A stretch of DNA of 63,998 nucleotides, filler included, from Circinaria calcarea (Eukaryota): the NCBI GenBank assembly GCA_051942165.1. It is 8 parts of 8 records of this genome, joined end to end, with 100 filler letters (N's around TTAATTAATTAA, not from the genome) between each part and the next. Parts side by side here need not be neighbours in the genome. Positions count along the whole stretch, not along the records: positions 32,341 to 40,319 come from JAVECS010001199.1; positions 40,420 to 48,394 come from JAVECS010001200.1; positions 48,495 to 56,468 come from JAVECS010001201.1; 5 more parts are not named here. One strand, 5' to 3'. Below the pieces are notes generated by a model, which was not told the origin of the DNA, did not search any database, and was given only the letters and a program-made list of their open reading frames with translations. The position numbers and the translations under genes were made by a program. Of this stretch, positions 37,676 through 49,487 are shown piece by piece; the stretch's first letter is position 1, and every line of letters starts with the position of its first letter.

Positions 37676-39044
37676 ATGGATGAAGAAACCATCGACCTAG
37701 TATTAAAGCTTCAAATAGAGGACCTGCAATCTCTATTCTCAAAACGCAAAGGGAAAGCCACAGAAGGAAGTGCTCCCAGCGATGGAGAACTAGCTGTGGA
37801 GCTTCAGAGAGAAGAGCTACAGCGATTCCAAACATTACTAGCCGACAATCGAATGACGCGGAGCATCGGTCGGGCTGTTCAAGATGATGGAGCCAGCATC
37901 GTCATTCTGACAGCAGAGGAGCGTCGCTCCACGCAAGACCGCGAAATGGCCTGTAGACTCAGTGGCCAGCCAGCTTCTGCTACACTCAATGGCCCGGACT
38001 GCCGAGCAGACGACGACATCCTTTCCAGGTTTGGTACGCTCAACATCTGTCAAGACGATGATACCGTGTCGTGTTACAGCGAGTCGGCTGTCTCATTCAC
38101 AGGGGTAGAGACCGGCGAGAGTTCATCTTGGGCTGCTGCCCGCCGGTCCACAAAGCGAAGAGAACAGCATGAGTGTGTGGCATGTTCTGAAATGCGAGAA
38201 ACGATTCAAGGACAGTGTCGGCACTACTACTGCCGAATTTGCATAACGCGACTCTTCACCGATGCAACAGTGGATGAGACATTATTTCCTCCGCGTTGCT
38301 GTGGCCAGACTCTTCCTGTCTCTTTGGTTCGCTCGTTCATTAGTACGGAGTTGACAGCAGAGATCGAACGAAAGGCAATAGAGTTTGGGACACCCAACCG
38401 AACTTATTGCACAACGTGCGGAGCGTTCATCAATCCTGACCGGATCGAAGGACATTGGGGTGATTGCCTTGCTTGTAATCAACGTACGTGTATCCTTTGT
38501 AAAGGTAGATTTCATGAAGGAGATTGTCCGAGGGATCCAGGCCTGGAGGATGTGCTTCGCCTAGCCCGGGAGACAGGATGGCAGAGATGCTCGGAATGCC
38601 ATGCTATGATAGAACTCCGGCAAGGTTGTAATCATATCACGTATGTATCATCCACGGCCCTAGGCCGAAATAGCACAACATGAATCAATCTGATCAAATC
38701 CCAGATGCCGTTGTGGAGCCCATTTTTGCTATCAATGTGGTCGAAAGTGGAAAAGCTGTACCTGCATCCTATACGACGAGAACATGTTACGCCGGCAAGC
38801 CAACCAAATCGCGGATCGACCAGCAGAACCTGGTGCTATGATTCAACCACCACGCGCAGAACAGGTCAACCAAATCATGAACGATTTACGGGAACGTCAT
38901 GAGTGCAATCATGCCGGGCGGTGGCGACGCGTTGAGGGCCCACATCGGTGCGAGGAGTGTCGAAACTATCTGGGGCAGTTTATACTAGAGTGTCGGAATT
39001 GTATGCTTCAAGCTTGTGTTCGATGTAGGCGCAATAGACTGTGA
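37676..39044 (+). CDS. RBR-type (RING-IBR-RING) E3 ubiquitin ligase
   Basis: CVAC..CRHYYCRIC..DETLFPPRCC (RING1); RTYCTTC..CLAC..CILC..HEGDC (IBR); WQRCSEC..GCNHIT, intron, CRCGAHFCYQC (RING2); C-terminal Cys cluster. Confidence 0.92.
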
Positions 39045-40319
39045 GGCTATCAGCTGTTACAGCCAATCCCTTGAGATTGCGGATAGAGAGACTTCAAGCA
39101 ACCCTGTTCTTCCTTTTCTACTTAGTATAATGTTTTGTACGTAAGAATACTCACAGGAATGAAGGTTTAGGTGGATGAGTTGTTCCCTCCAAACCGAAAC
39201 GGCGATGTTGCTTGAAGGACACTTGTAGCATACATTTTCCTCCATCCCATTGAGTTCATTCAGCATTGAGGGATGATACGTCGATGCCCATGGGGCCTGC
39301 AATGATCCAACAAAAGACCGCCATCCAGGAGCCGACCTGTGATTGCCATCGCATCAAGCGGGCACTAGGGTTTGCTTCGAATATCGAACAAGCCTCACTG
39401 TTTGGAACTGCTGGCAGCAGTGATGTTGTTGCTGACTGTGAAAATACTTTAGATCTGCTGAGGTTACCCCGTCAAGCTGGGAAGATTCTCGATTATGGCA
39501 GCAAAGAGGCGGACTAACTGCTAGATATCTAATGCGTCAACAAACCGCGACATGTCCAGCACACGCTCACACCAGCGACTATAGAGATCGACACATGAAT
39601 CTCAAGTCCATCATCGTGATGGGGGAGAACGACTTGACAAAGCTAATTACCAATTAGAACAAAGTTATTCGCGATCGGCGATCAGGCATCCTGCACGCAA
39701 CCGCATATGTAACTCAAAAGACCGAATATATCCTCCCTTCTGCTGTTGGATGCATCACATCGGTCTGATCATCGTGAGATCGGTTTCTGCAGGTCGACTT
39801 CCCAAATGGTGGTCTCCACATACCTTATTGGTGCAAAGACTACCGACCGCATTGCCAAATGCCGGTGGCTTCAAACTCGTGGGCTCGAGTAGATACCTAT
39901 CGCAATTGGACATTTCGCCTGGAGTACAACAGAATAACCCCAACACTATTCAAACGAAACCTGAAAGACTTTTGCAGGCATGTTTGAATTGCGCTATACA
40001 CGCCATGTTGGGAACATATCTGCTCAGAAAATCTCGTACTACTCTACACGGGAGTTTCTCCGATGCATTCGGGGCCGTGTAATCTTTAATGTCTGAACGG
40101 GAAAAGGTAATTGCAGCTGAAGTACATACTCCGGATACGAAGTACCCTAAGCCAAAGCTGAGATACTTCCACCTGCCTGCCAAGGTCTTTTGTATACGAA
40201 GGCAGTTACGGACTATGCATGCCTCTGTACGCGCTTTAGCCTTGTCCACCAGTATTTTGATTTGATCGCATTTCTCAAGAGACTCTATATGACAAAAGGT
40301 CATTACAATCTAGTTTGCT

Positions 40320-40419
40320 NNNNNNNNNNNNNNNNNNNNNNNNNNNNNNNNNNNNNNNNNNNNTTAATTAATTAANNNNNNNNNNNNNNNNNNNNNNNNN
40401 NNNNNNNNNNNNNNNNNNN
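40320..40419. other. Artificial contig-joining linker
   Basis: Same 100-bp spacer. Confidence 0.98.
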
Positions 40420-40932
40420 TATTTTGGCCTGCGGTGTAGCAGAGATGACGAGAACCTGGCTTGGAGAATTCGGGTTGAACTCCACATGGTGGACCGGATG
40501 GGTTTCTGAGCTCGCGGACGCCTTTGCTGCAGTAGGATCCACGGATTTGAAAGCACGCAGGGTAGTCGGGGTCATTGAAGCAAAATCGTGTAGCTTGACG
40601 GTACAGTCGGTGGAGCCACTGATCATCCGCGAACCAGACGGATCGACCGTCAAGGTGGTAATTGTGCGCTCATGTGTCTTGAGGACCAGCTCGTGGGAAA
40701 CGGGGTAGTCATCTTCAGGGTCGGAGTCGCCTTCAGACTCGGAGTCGCCATCGCTACCGTCGTCGGCGTCCTGGTGCCCTCCTTCATCCTTTATCGTGGT
40801 TGCCGTTGAGAGGCGCTTCGTTCGCTCAATCTGAGCGGTGATGTTTGCCTCCTTGGTTTGTTTTCCAAAGCCATTGGGAAGGTACTGTCTCAAAGCTTCC
40901 TCTTCATCGATGAGCGCATCACCACTGTTCAT
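40420..40932 (-). CDS. WD40-repeat protein (WDR70/GAD-1-like), N-terminal part
   Basis: LPNGFGKQ, acidic tract, YPVSHELVLKTHER..DPSGSRMISGSTDCTVKLHDFASM..RAFKS. Confidence 0.85.
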
Positions 40933-41307
40933 CGTTCAAAAGGGTGTGCCTCCGAAGCTTTGGGAACGACACAGGAGTCCCCGGTGAGTGGAGTCTGTCC
41001 ATCTGAAAGTGGAGGCGAGAGCTGGGAACCAAATGGAAAGCGGAGGCGACTTTGACCTGCGCTAAACATTGCGATGCGCGAAACTGAATATGTGTACTCT
41101 GACAGTAATTAAAGGTTGCCCATATTATTATGATTGAACTGGCCTTCTTCTATTGACACCTGCGAGGCTTATTCACCTTTTAAAAAAAACACGCACGAGG
41201 ATCAACCTCTGGCAATATAAGGGATCCCTGCGCCATATACACCGTCCCTGCGCTTCCCACACCACTCTACACCCTATCCAACACTCTGTTATCCGAGAGT
41301 CGTCGTC

Positions 41308-41931
41308 ATGGATGAGACATTCACCCTCCTTCCTCTCCATCTCGATCCCCCAAGCAAAGCGATTTCAGCTCCCACCCTCGAACAAACTTCGTCGCTCGTC
41401 ACCGAGCTCGCCCTCCTAAACCAAACCCATCGGCAACTGCTAACGCTCGACACGCCATCTCAAGTGCCTCCAGCTCCTCTACCCCTCAATCCGAAAAGGT
41501 CGGCCCAGATAAATAAAATGCGGGAACAAGGGAACTCAATGTACCAGAAATCCAGGAGCCAACCAAGTGCGACCTCAGAAGCCGGCAAGCTTTACTCCTA
41601 CGCCCTCGAGATGGCACTTTTACGTCCGGCCTGGGAACCTTCAGCGACTGTGAGGGATGAAGTCGCCGTACTGCTAGCCAACAGAGCCCAAGTCAATATA
41701 AGTTTGCAGGCATGGCCGGAGGGGGCCGCAGATGCCGAGGGAAGTGTGGAGATGAAAAGACAGGGGAATGCAAAGGCATGGGGGAGGAGAGGGAAGTGTC
41801 TGGTGGAGATGGGAAGATGGGAGGAGGCAGCTGAGTGGGTTGCGAAAGGACTGGAATCCGAGGGGAATGACGCAGATCTACGGGGGCTGATGAAAGAAAT
41901 TGAGAAAAAGGCCGAGCAAGGTAGTATATAA
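41308..41931 (+). CDS. SEC72: Translocon subunit Sec72 (TPR)
   Basis: DETFTLLPLHLDPPSKAIS..PLNPKRSAQINKMREQGN..ALLRPAWEPS..AKAWGRRGKCL. Confidence 0.88.
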   Translation: MDETFTLLPLHLDPPSKAISAPTLEQTSSLVTELALLNQTHRQLLTLDTPSQVPPAPLPLNPKRSAQINKMREQGNSMYQKSRSQPSATSEAGKLYSYALEMALLRPAWEPSATVRDEVAVLLANRAQVNISLQAWPEGAADAEGSVEMKRQGNAKAWGRRGKCLVEMGRWEEAAEWVAKGLESEGNDADLRGLMKEIEKKAEQGSI

Positions 41932-44900
41932 TTAGGCCATTGCACCAGAATGGCATTGGGATTACATATGTCTCTTGAACTACCCCTCGAGCAAATCGCA
42001 ATGTACACGCTATATTCCTATGGTCGCCAGGCATAACAGGTGTTAGCGTGGTTGTTTTGCAGTAATCATAAAAGGCTCAAACGACACTTTGACTTCATCC
42101 GGAGAGACGGGATATACATCGGAGGATACCGGGAGTTGGTCAAAACCCGCTCTAACATTTTTAAAGCTGCACTTGGTCGGGTATGGGATAGCCGGGAGTT
42201 TAGCGCCTTAGCCAGTAGTTTATCCCTGGGGGTTTCCCACTATAGAAATTCATTCTTCACTTCACACCCAGATCAGCTCATGTCTTATTAGCGTTTAAAA
42301 TAATAAAAGCGATGATCTTTTAACATTATATATATGAATTCTGAGCAGGATTATGCCTTAGAGAAACTTTCCAATTTAATAGCCTAGTATCAAATAGCTG
42401 GTATTTCTTCTATATATATGATACCAATATTCGTAATCCCTTTTCTATTCTCCTTCTATCACTGCAAATCTCTCAAGCACCTCTGACTCAATAAATTTCT
42501 TACCAAAATGAAACAGCTAAACAGCAAACATGACGAGCCCATACCTACCCCCCCACCTACGTGTCCTTCAAGATGCGACTCACACCTCTCTCCCACTTAC
42601 TTCTCAACAACATAAGGTGGCTATCAAGCCTACCACTCCCAGTTACCTCCTCACCTCCAAGTTCGTCAAAATGCTGCTCCGACCTCTCCCCAACCCGCTT
42701 CCCACCGATTTCACAGATCACCCCTCTTCCTCCTCACCTCCGAATAATGAAGAAACCGTCGCTGATTACCCACCCGGCTACTCACCCTTCAGCTACATCG
42801 ATTCCAGCTTATCCAACTGGACTGGGCGAGAACAATATAATCGTTAACTCCGGCTAAGCCGGTTGTCAACCTCCCGGTCAAAGCGGTGGTTAAACTTCCA
42901 CCACCCAAGGCAGTGGTCAAGCTTCCGGTTCCTTCCGCGAAAGAGGGAATGGTTGATAAGAACACTACGGAACAAGAATCTGGGTTTACGAAAGTCAACC
43001 TTACCGCCATCAGCGAGAACGAGGCTAAAGACTCATTTGATCAAGATTGTTCCTTCGGCTCAGAATCGAGGGAACACCCTCCTTAACTTACTGCTCGCGG
43101 TACAATACTCTGGACCGCCAAGTTCAAATATACCGAATCTATTTCTAGCTCAGTAGTAAATTCTCTCTTTCTTTTTATATAAATATATTAATCCAAATAC
43201 GCCGGGCCTGCTGAGCCTTACCCCGAGGAACAGGAGGTCACCTTGTTCACGCGGGATCCTCTCTTTTCTAGAGATTATCGGACCAAGGGCAAGGGAGTTG
43301 ACCGTTCTGTAAGTTTCAACGCGTGTAGCCCGCCAAGCCGTTTTCTAATAAGCAGCAGCGTTCACAACAAAGACAGCCACCCCAGCAGTCTCTTATATCC
43401 CCTGCTCGAATTTTACCCTCTACCACCTCCAATGCTAGCTCAACGTCGCTCCCTTCCCTGCATCGGCCTTCTAGATTGGATCTGGCAAGCAATGAAAACG
43501 AAGATAAGGAGACGTTTGTCTCAGAATCACCTCTTGTATTCTTATAGTTTTCGGTCGCGTTCCCTAACCATCACCTATTTCCTCTCCCGTTTTCCCTGAT
43601 AACATTTATCGTGTATTCTGGAGTTGCATTTAATCCTCTGGTATCCTACCATTACTTCCCACGAGAGTCCTTAGCCTTGACTACGTAATTGCCTTGTAAC
43701 GAGAGGTTTCCGGCTCGAGCTAGCATTCTCATAATCCGGTTTCACTCGGCTCGAGCTGCTTATTAAGTTTAGCAATGAATACTTTGACTAGGTTACCCTA
43801 ATAGGATTAACGTCTACGAAAGAGACTCTGGCTACTTTTCATCATATGAACTGATCCCTTCTACTGTTCTCATTCTCCCTCACCCCGAAGCATAGATATT
43901 CACCTATATATTTTCTTCATCCCCCAACATACACATTCTTCCACACATTCACCCACACATTCACCCACACATTCACCTTGTCCGGCTACCTCTCACAGTG
44001 GCCCTAGCTAGCCCCGAGGCCTACCAAGCCCATCCCAAAGACCGACACCCAGACTGAAAAGAGGCTGGAACCTGAGGCACCAGCTTCTACCAAAGCCTCA
44101 ACGCGTGCCTGGCCCCCGAAGCCTCCCAGGGCCCCTAAGGAGGTAATAGGTATGTGTCAGCAAACTTTTGCCTTAGTATTCGGAATTCGGTTTTAATAAT
44201 AATAGATTTGTCCGGTCGGGAGTTGACCAACATTCAAGATATCACTCCATTGAGTGATATATGCCCAAGAGCACTCATAAACAGACGCTGCAACAGCCTT
44301 TCGTGCGATAGGATCAAAAGCATATGCAAGGTATGTTACCTCCATTGATCTACTTATAATCTCTCACATTTTGTTTCACTAGGAATATGAGAAGTCTGGT
44401 AAATGCGGTGATCAATCCTGTGCTAAGGCGCATGTACTGAGTACATGCGTCTCCATGATACGCGGTGTCTGTAAGTACCAGCCGTATTGCAAGTATCGGC
44501 ATGGGCAAGACAGAGAGTCCCACTAGAACAATCGTGACGAGAGTTATAAGATTTTCGAATAAACATAGGCCAATTCGGGACTGGTCTATAATCAAGGGGC
44601 TGGACGGGACCACTAGCGACTTTGGAGATTACATCTCTTCGTTTGTCATATCGCAGACAGTACATTTTATCGGTAGAACAAACACTCTCTTTCGCTCACT
44701 TGATTTGTTACTCACATCTTCACCACGAAACACTATTTCAAAAATTCTTCAACATCGCTCAGAATTGATCAATAATAATATGTGTTTGTACTTTGACGTC
44801 AGTCTCACCACATGTTCCTGGAGCAAAGAAGGACTGAATTGCTTCTTCCATAGTCGGACGGGGCGTGGAGTCAGAGATTGGCGCTTAGCTAACAGCATCT

Positions 44901-45739
44901 GTTCAGCCTCTTAGAGCGGGGTTCTCCCTAGTGGGAAAGAATCATACTCCACTCCGATGTTATTGATATAGGCGTGACGGGATCAGGCGAGGATGGATAT
45001 TACGAACCCCCAGAGATCTCCTCCACCGAGTGAAAGTGCAGACACCTAAAGAAACAAAATTTTCTTTATAAACCAACTCACGTTTTGGTCTTCGTCTTCG
45101 CAAGCGTACGGCCTCTAGGAGTGCCAACACCATAAACACGGCCTTCAGGAGTGCCAATACCACGGATTCTTTTATCGGGGTATGCCCATTCGATCTCATC
45201 GGAGAGAGATATAATACACCCAATAATGGTTGCCCAGACAAGAAGGTATGCACGGTAATTATCTCGCCTTTCTTTTAAATAAATATATACTAATTTGTCT
45301 AGGCATATAATACAGCCAAAGGCTGTTAAGAGCATTCTTATTTTAACGCCTACATTATTCTATCATATCTCTCTGCTTTGAAGAATCTTAATAATGGGTG
45401 CAATGATTCAACTTGTATTTTAAATCACGATCGCAATCGCCGGAATAATTTTCGGCGTCGATACAAGATAGGTGCCCATTAACATAAGACGCCGATCAGA
45501 GATCATCATAGTCAACGCAATATATGAGTATATCGGCCCGTCCGAGAGGTGGCCGATTCCATGACGGAGCGGGATAGCATTACAGTGTATCGCCACGTCC
45601 GAGACGTGTCGATTATTTTCATGGAGTGGAATGGTGTTGCATGGGTGTTCCGAGCTAGCTTTTACTGTTTTCCTGTTTGTGGTCCTCGAAACAGTGTCGG
45701 CTTCGTTACCAGTACATCACTGAGGCAGAAGCCCAGGGC

Positions 45740-46430
45740 AGCATCTCGCTCTTCGACTTTGCATGGTGTTATCGATAGAGTCCTCGATGGTTCACATCCG
45801 TGGAACACCAGCAACTGGCAAGACCACGTTAGCGATGCTATTAATACAGTACATCAACAATTCCGCAGAAATCGAACAAAAGGCAATCTATATTGCCATA
45901 CCGGCCCCTCCGCCTCCGGACCTCTGGCTCCGGACCCCAAGGCGGACCCCAAGGCGGACCCCAAACCTATCCCGTTAAGCCATACAGCGTGCGTTGTAAC
46001 TAGTATGAAACGCGACGGACAAAAACATCAAGATTAAGCAAGATAATAAGCTAATTATCGTATTGGACGAAGGGCAACATACCTATCAGGATTACATATT
46101 CTGGGAGGGCATGAAATTAAACAACGACATAGTGGCGCCAGTTACAAATACACCGTATTATGTTCCTTTCTGTGTCCGGGGAAGTCCATCGGGAAAACCT
46201 TGGGATCGCGAATTAAAACCATCCGAAAGTAATCTTTCGAATATTACGTTGTCTTCATCACAGCGTTTAGGTTTCATACCCGATCTGGGTAAACTGAGTT
46301 TATTCTTCACTGAATCCGAATTTCAAGATGCAATCAATTCATACGAATATCGTAACCATAAACCGTTCAAGGTCGACTCGGAGGCGAGGGAGTATCTTTT
46401 TGCTATTACGTGGTCCATGCTCAATACTCT
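45740..46430 (+). pseudogene. Degenerate P-loop NTPase (resembles fungal Crinkler-associated NTPases)
   Basis: Walker A VHIRGTPATGKTTLAMLL, Walker B LIIVLDEGQHTY..W, FCVRGSPS, LFFTESEFQDAI..EAREYLFAIT in one frame, with three stops at 45976-46008 and a probable frameshift near 45785. Confidence 0.7.
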
Positions 46431-46545
46431 TTATATATCTCAAAAAGCGTTCTCCGCTATACTAACTTTGAGAGTTACAAATATAGATGGGATTATACAC
46501 CACTACACATACTGCTCGACACTTTCTCTGCCACCAATCACATCG

Positions 46546-47777
46546 ATGGACTCACCAGAATCCAAAGGCCCCAAGATAAACGAGGGGCCGGAGAAGATAA
46601 AGCCGAAAAGTACGGGATGGACAACGCTCTCCCATAATGGTTCTATGTTTCCAGCTGAGTACAAAGCATTCCCAGAAGATGTGACGTTGAAATACGACGG
46701 AATTCCAGTCTTGATATCCATCGATGTATAGGAAATAGCAGAAGCCTACGCTGTTTAGTATATTTTGAAGGATAAACTCCTATCAGCCACCGAGAAGATC
46801 AATTTTTTCAATAATTTTAAGAGTTTGATTGAGAGCACAGGAGGAGCTAAAAGCATCGACGGTATTCTTATCCAGATTCAAGAATGCGATTATTTAAATT
46901 TTGACTCTGTGGTCAACTACACCAAATTAGGGCAGAATTATAACCCACGATATTTAGAAGCCGAGGGAGCTTTTAGATTCTATATCTGCGAGGGGATCGA
47001 CGAGAAAACAGAAAGCTATCGTATCGAGGCACCAGGTATCTTTTAGGGAAAGGCTAATAAAAACAAGAGTGGTAGAATAAGAAGGAGGATTGAGCCCGAA
47101 GATATTACTATTAATATTAATTAAGATATCCCGGGGGCACCGGAAGGACGAGAAGTAGGATATAATCCTAAACGTTAATAGAACTTGATTTTATGGGCAA
47201 GGAAGGTATACGCTTTAAAAAATAGGTTTTTGTAGGAGAGGATGTTTTCAATAATTTCCATTCTTTCACAGCATTCCCGAAGGTGACTACAAGTAAGGTT
47301 TTTGACCTTATAACTATTGGTATACCTTTCTACTTATTCAAGCATAACTCCATCAATAGTCACCTTAACGAGTATAAGTTAGGATTGACTAGCAAGGCTT
47401 TCCGAACCTTTTATGCATCAATTTTAATGGATACTTTACTTCGACAAATACTATTCCCAATCGCCGATATCGAAGCTATCAACGCGTTCAGGATAGCCCT
47501 TCAAGAAGTGGCTGAATTTTGCAACCATAAACATACGGCCAGAGGAGGTATGCATGAAGAGGTTGCGTCCACAAGAACCATAACGGTACGCGAATGATTA
47601 TAATAGAGAAATTTAGTAGCATTATCAAACTAACACATCTAGTACTGCATTGACCCACGCATCATCGTTGCTTTTGCAAGGCGAGGTGGCATCCCGTTGG
47701 AGAAGTTCTTCCCGGGTCGACTAATCAGACGATTTCAATGGGCTATTTTAGAGGTCGATGGAAACTGGCAATACTAA
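46546..47777 (+). pseudogene. Diverged, truncated type IB DNA topoisomerase (Top1-like) paralogue
   Basis: Collinear Top1 motifs WTTLSHNG, LKYDG, NFFNNFK, YRIEAPGIF*G, RRRIEPEDITINI, DFMGKEGIRF, GLTSKAFRTFYAS, EVAEFCNH, intron 47586-47642, YCIDPR..PLEKFF..RFQWAI. Stops at 46729, 46756, 47044, 47122, 47223. Confidence 0.88.
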
Positions 47778-48394
47778 CGAGCCCGGTCTCTAGTCTGGGT
47801 CAGGGGCTACAGTCAATGGGAATCGAAAGCTATGTGTGTTTAGGGAAGAAGCTTGTGATGGAAAAGCTAGAGCACTCAGTAACAACAGAAAAAACTACTG
47901 CTAAGAGGGTCCGATAGCCCTACCAGGTTAATCTTGTACCAGTAGGGATAAGAATTAGTATAATATCTCAGATTCTCATCGTGCTCTCCTGTTATTAAGT
48001 GAGTAAAGCGCCTTTTACTTCACCAAAGTAAATGCTTGTCTGAAGTAAGTGACTTTTAATGCCCGTTCTTGGGCCTATAAGATAATATTTCATTAATTTA
48101 TTTTTCACTTTATTGATATAATACGCTACTAAATACCAATCTCACCATCCTCTTCAATCGAACAGCAGGGGAGGGTTTGGCCCGAGCCAAACGTTTATCA
48201 TGTTAAAAGAACGCTGGGCTGAGGGGGACGGTGATGGCGACCCCGTCGACAACAAAAGCATAAGGAAAGCGAAAGTCCTTCCACTAATGCTTAAAAAACG
48301 CCCGCACACGCAGACAAACGCAGTTGGAATACAAACTTGCTCCGGTGATACCTCCCTTCCTTCTTTTCCCTCAGTCTGCTGCCCTGCCCTGCCC

Positions 48395-48494
48395 NNNNNN
48401 NNNNNNNNNNNNNNNNNNNNNNNNNNNNNNNNNNNNNNTTAATTAATTAANNNNNNNNNNNNNNNNNNNNNNNNNNNNNNNNNNNNNNNNNNNN
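48395..48494. other. Artificial contig-joining linker
   Basis: Same 100-bp spacer. Confidence 0.98.
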
Positions 48495-49487
48495 CCATTT
48501 AACAATCTCCTCCCCCTTTAAAGCTCTCCGACCTTCTCCATCTCCAATCCCCGCGTCTTTTACGGCTTATGGTCTACGGTTTTTATCCTCCTGAAAAAAT
48601 CCTTTTCCCAAAACACCCCCAACCCCCCCTTTCCCGGGAGGTCCAGCAACGGATTTTTCCCCCATATTTTCTTTTTTAGTCTCTACATTATATTATCCAG
48701 ATGGAGATAGAGATATCGGTAGATACTTTCTATCCATTCCATTCCATATCTCCATTTATTTCAATTCCATTCCCGGTGCCCGAAACTTCAGTAGATGAAA
48801 TGGAGAAAGAAAAAAAGAAAAATTTACAGAACTACTGGTAATCTTACAAAGTAACTTGCCTGGCTGATTTGAAGAGGAAGAGGAAGGGGGGCCGGACGTT
48901 CTCATTGAACACATGATTAAAAAAGCGCTACGTTTGTTTGTTTGTTCCCTACGTAACTGATATACAGGAGATGTGGAAATGGAAAAAAGGAAAAAGGGGT
49001 GAAGAGAAGGGAAGGAGGTAAGGTGGGTGGGGGTATGTAAATTATGATACTCAAAAGTCCCCAATCCCAATCTCAATCCCGGTTCATTCGGGGCCTCCTC
49101 CATCTCAAAGGGCAAAAAGGGTACCTATTCATGTGGGGATTTCTGGGCAGCGTGCGCGGGATATGAGGGGGACCTTTTTGAGGGGGACCCTTGGGTGGGA
49201 ACTTTAGGAAAGATTAAAGGTGAGCTGAGAACCTTCCCTCCCCGGGGGGACCCAAAAAAAAAAGCCCCAAAGGTACATATCCTGGATATCTTGGACTAAG
49301 CTGAGCGAGGGCGAGGGTTGGAGCTGGAAAGGGGAGGAAGATAGATGGGACGACCTGGCTGTTGAGGTTTTCAGGATGCTATCGAAGCGGGGATACGGTA
49401 CTCGGAGCTTTAGAACGGCAATGGTTGTGGAAGGAAGGAATTTCAGTGTAAGCTAGACTGATTTCCTATCCTAGGTCTTAATCCGAA

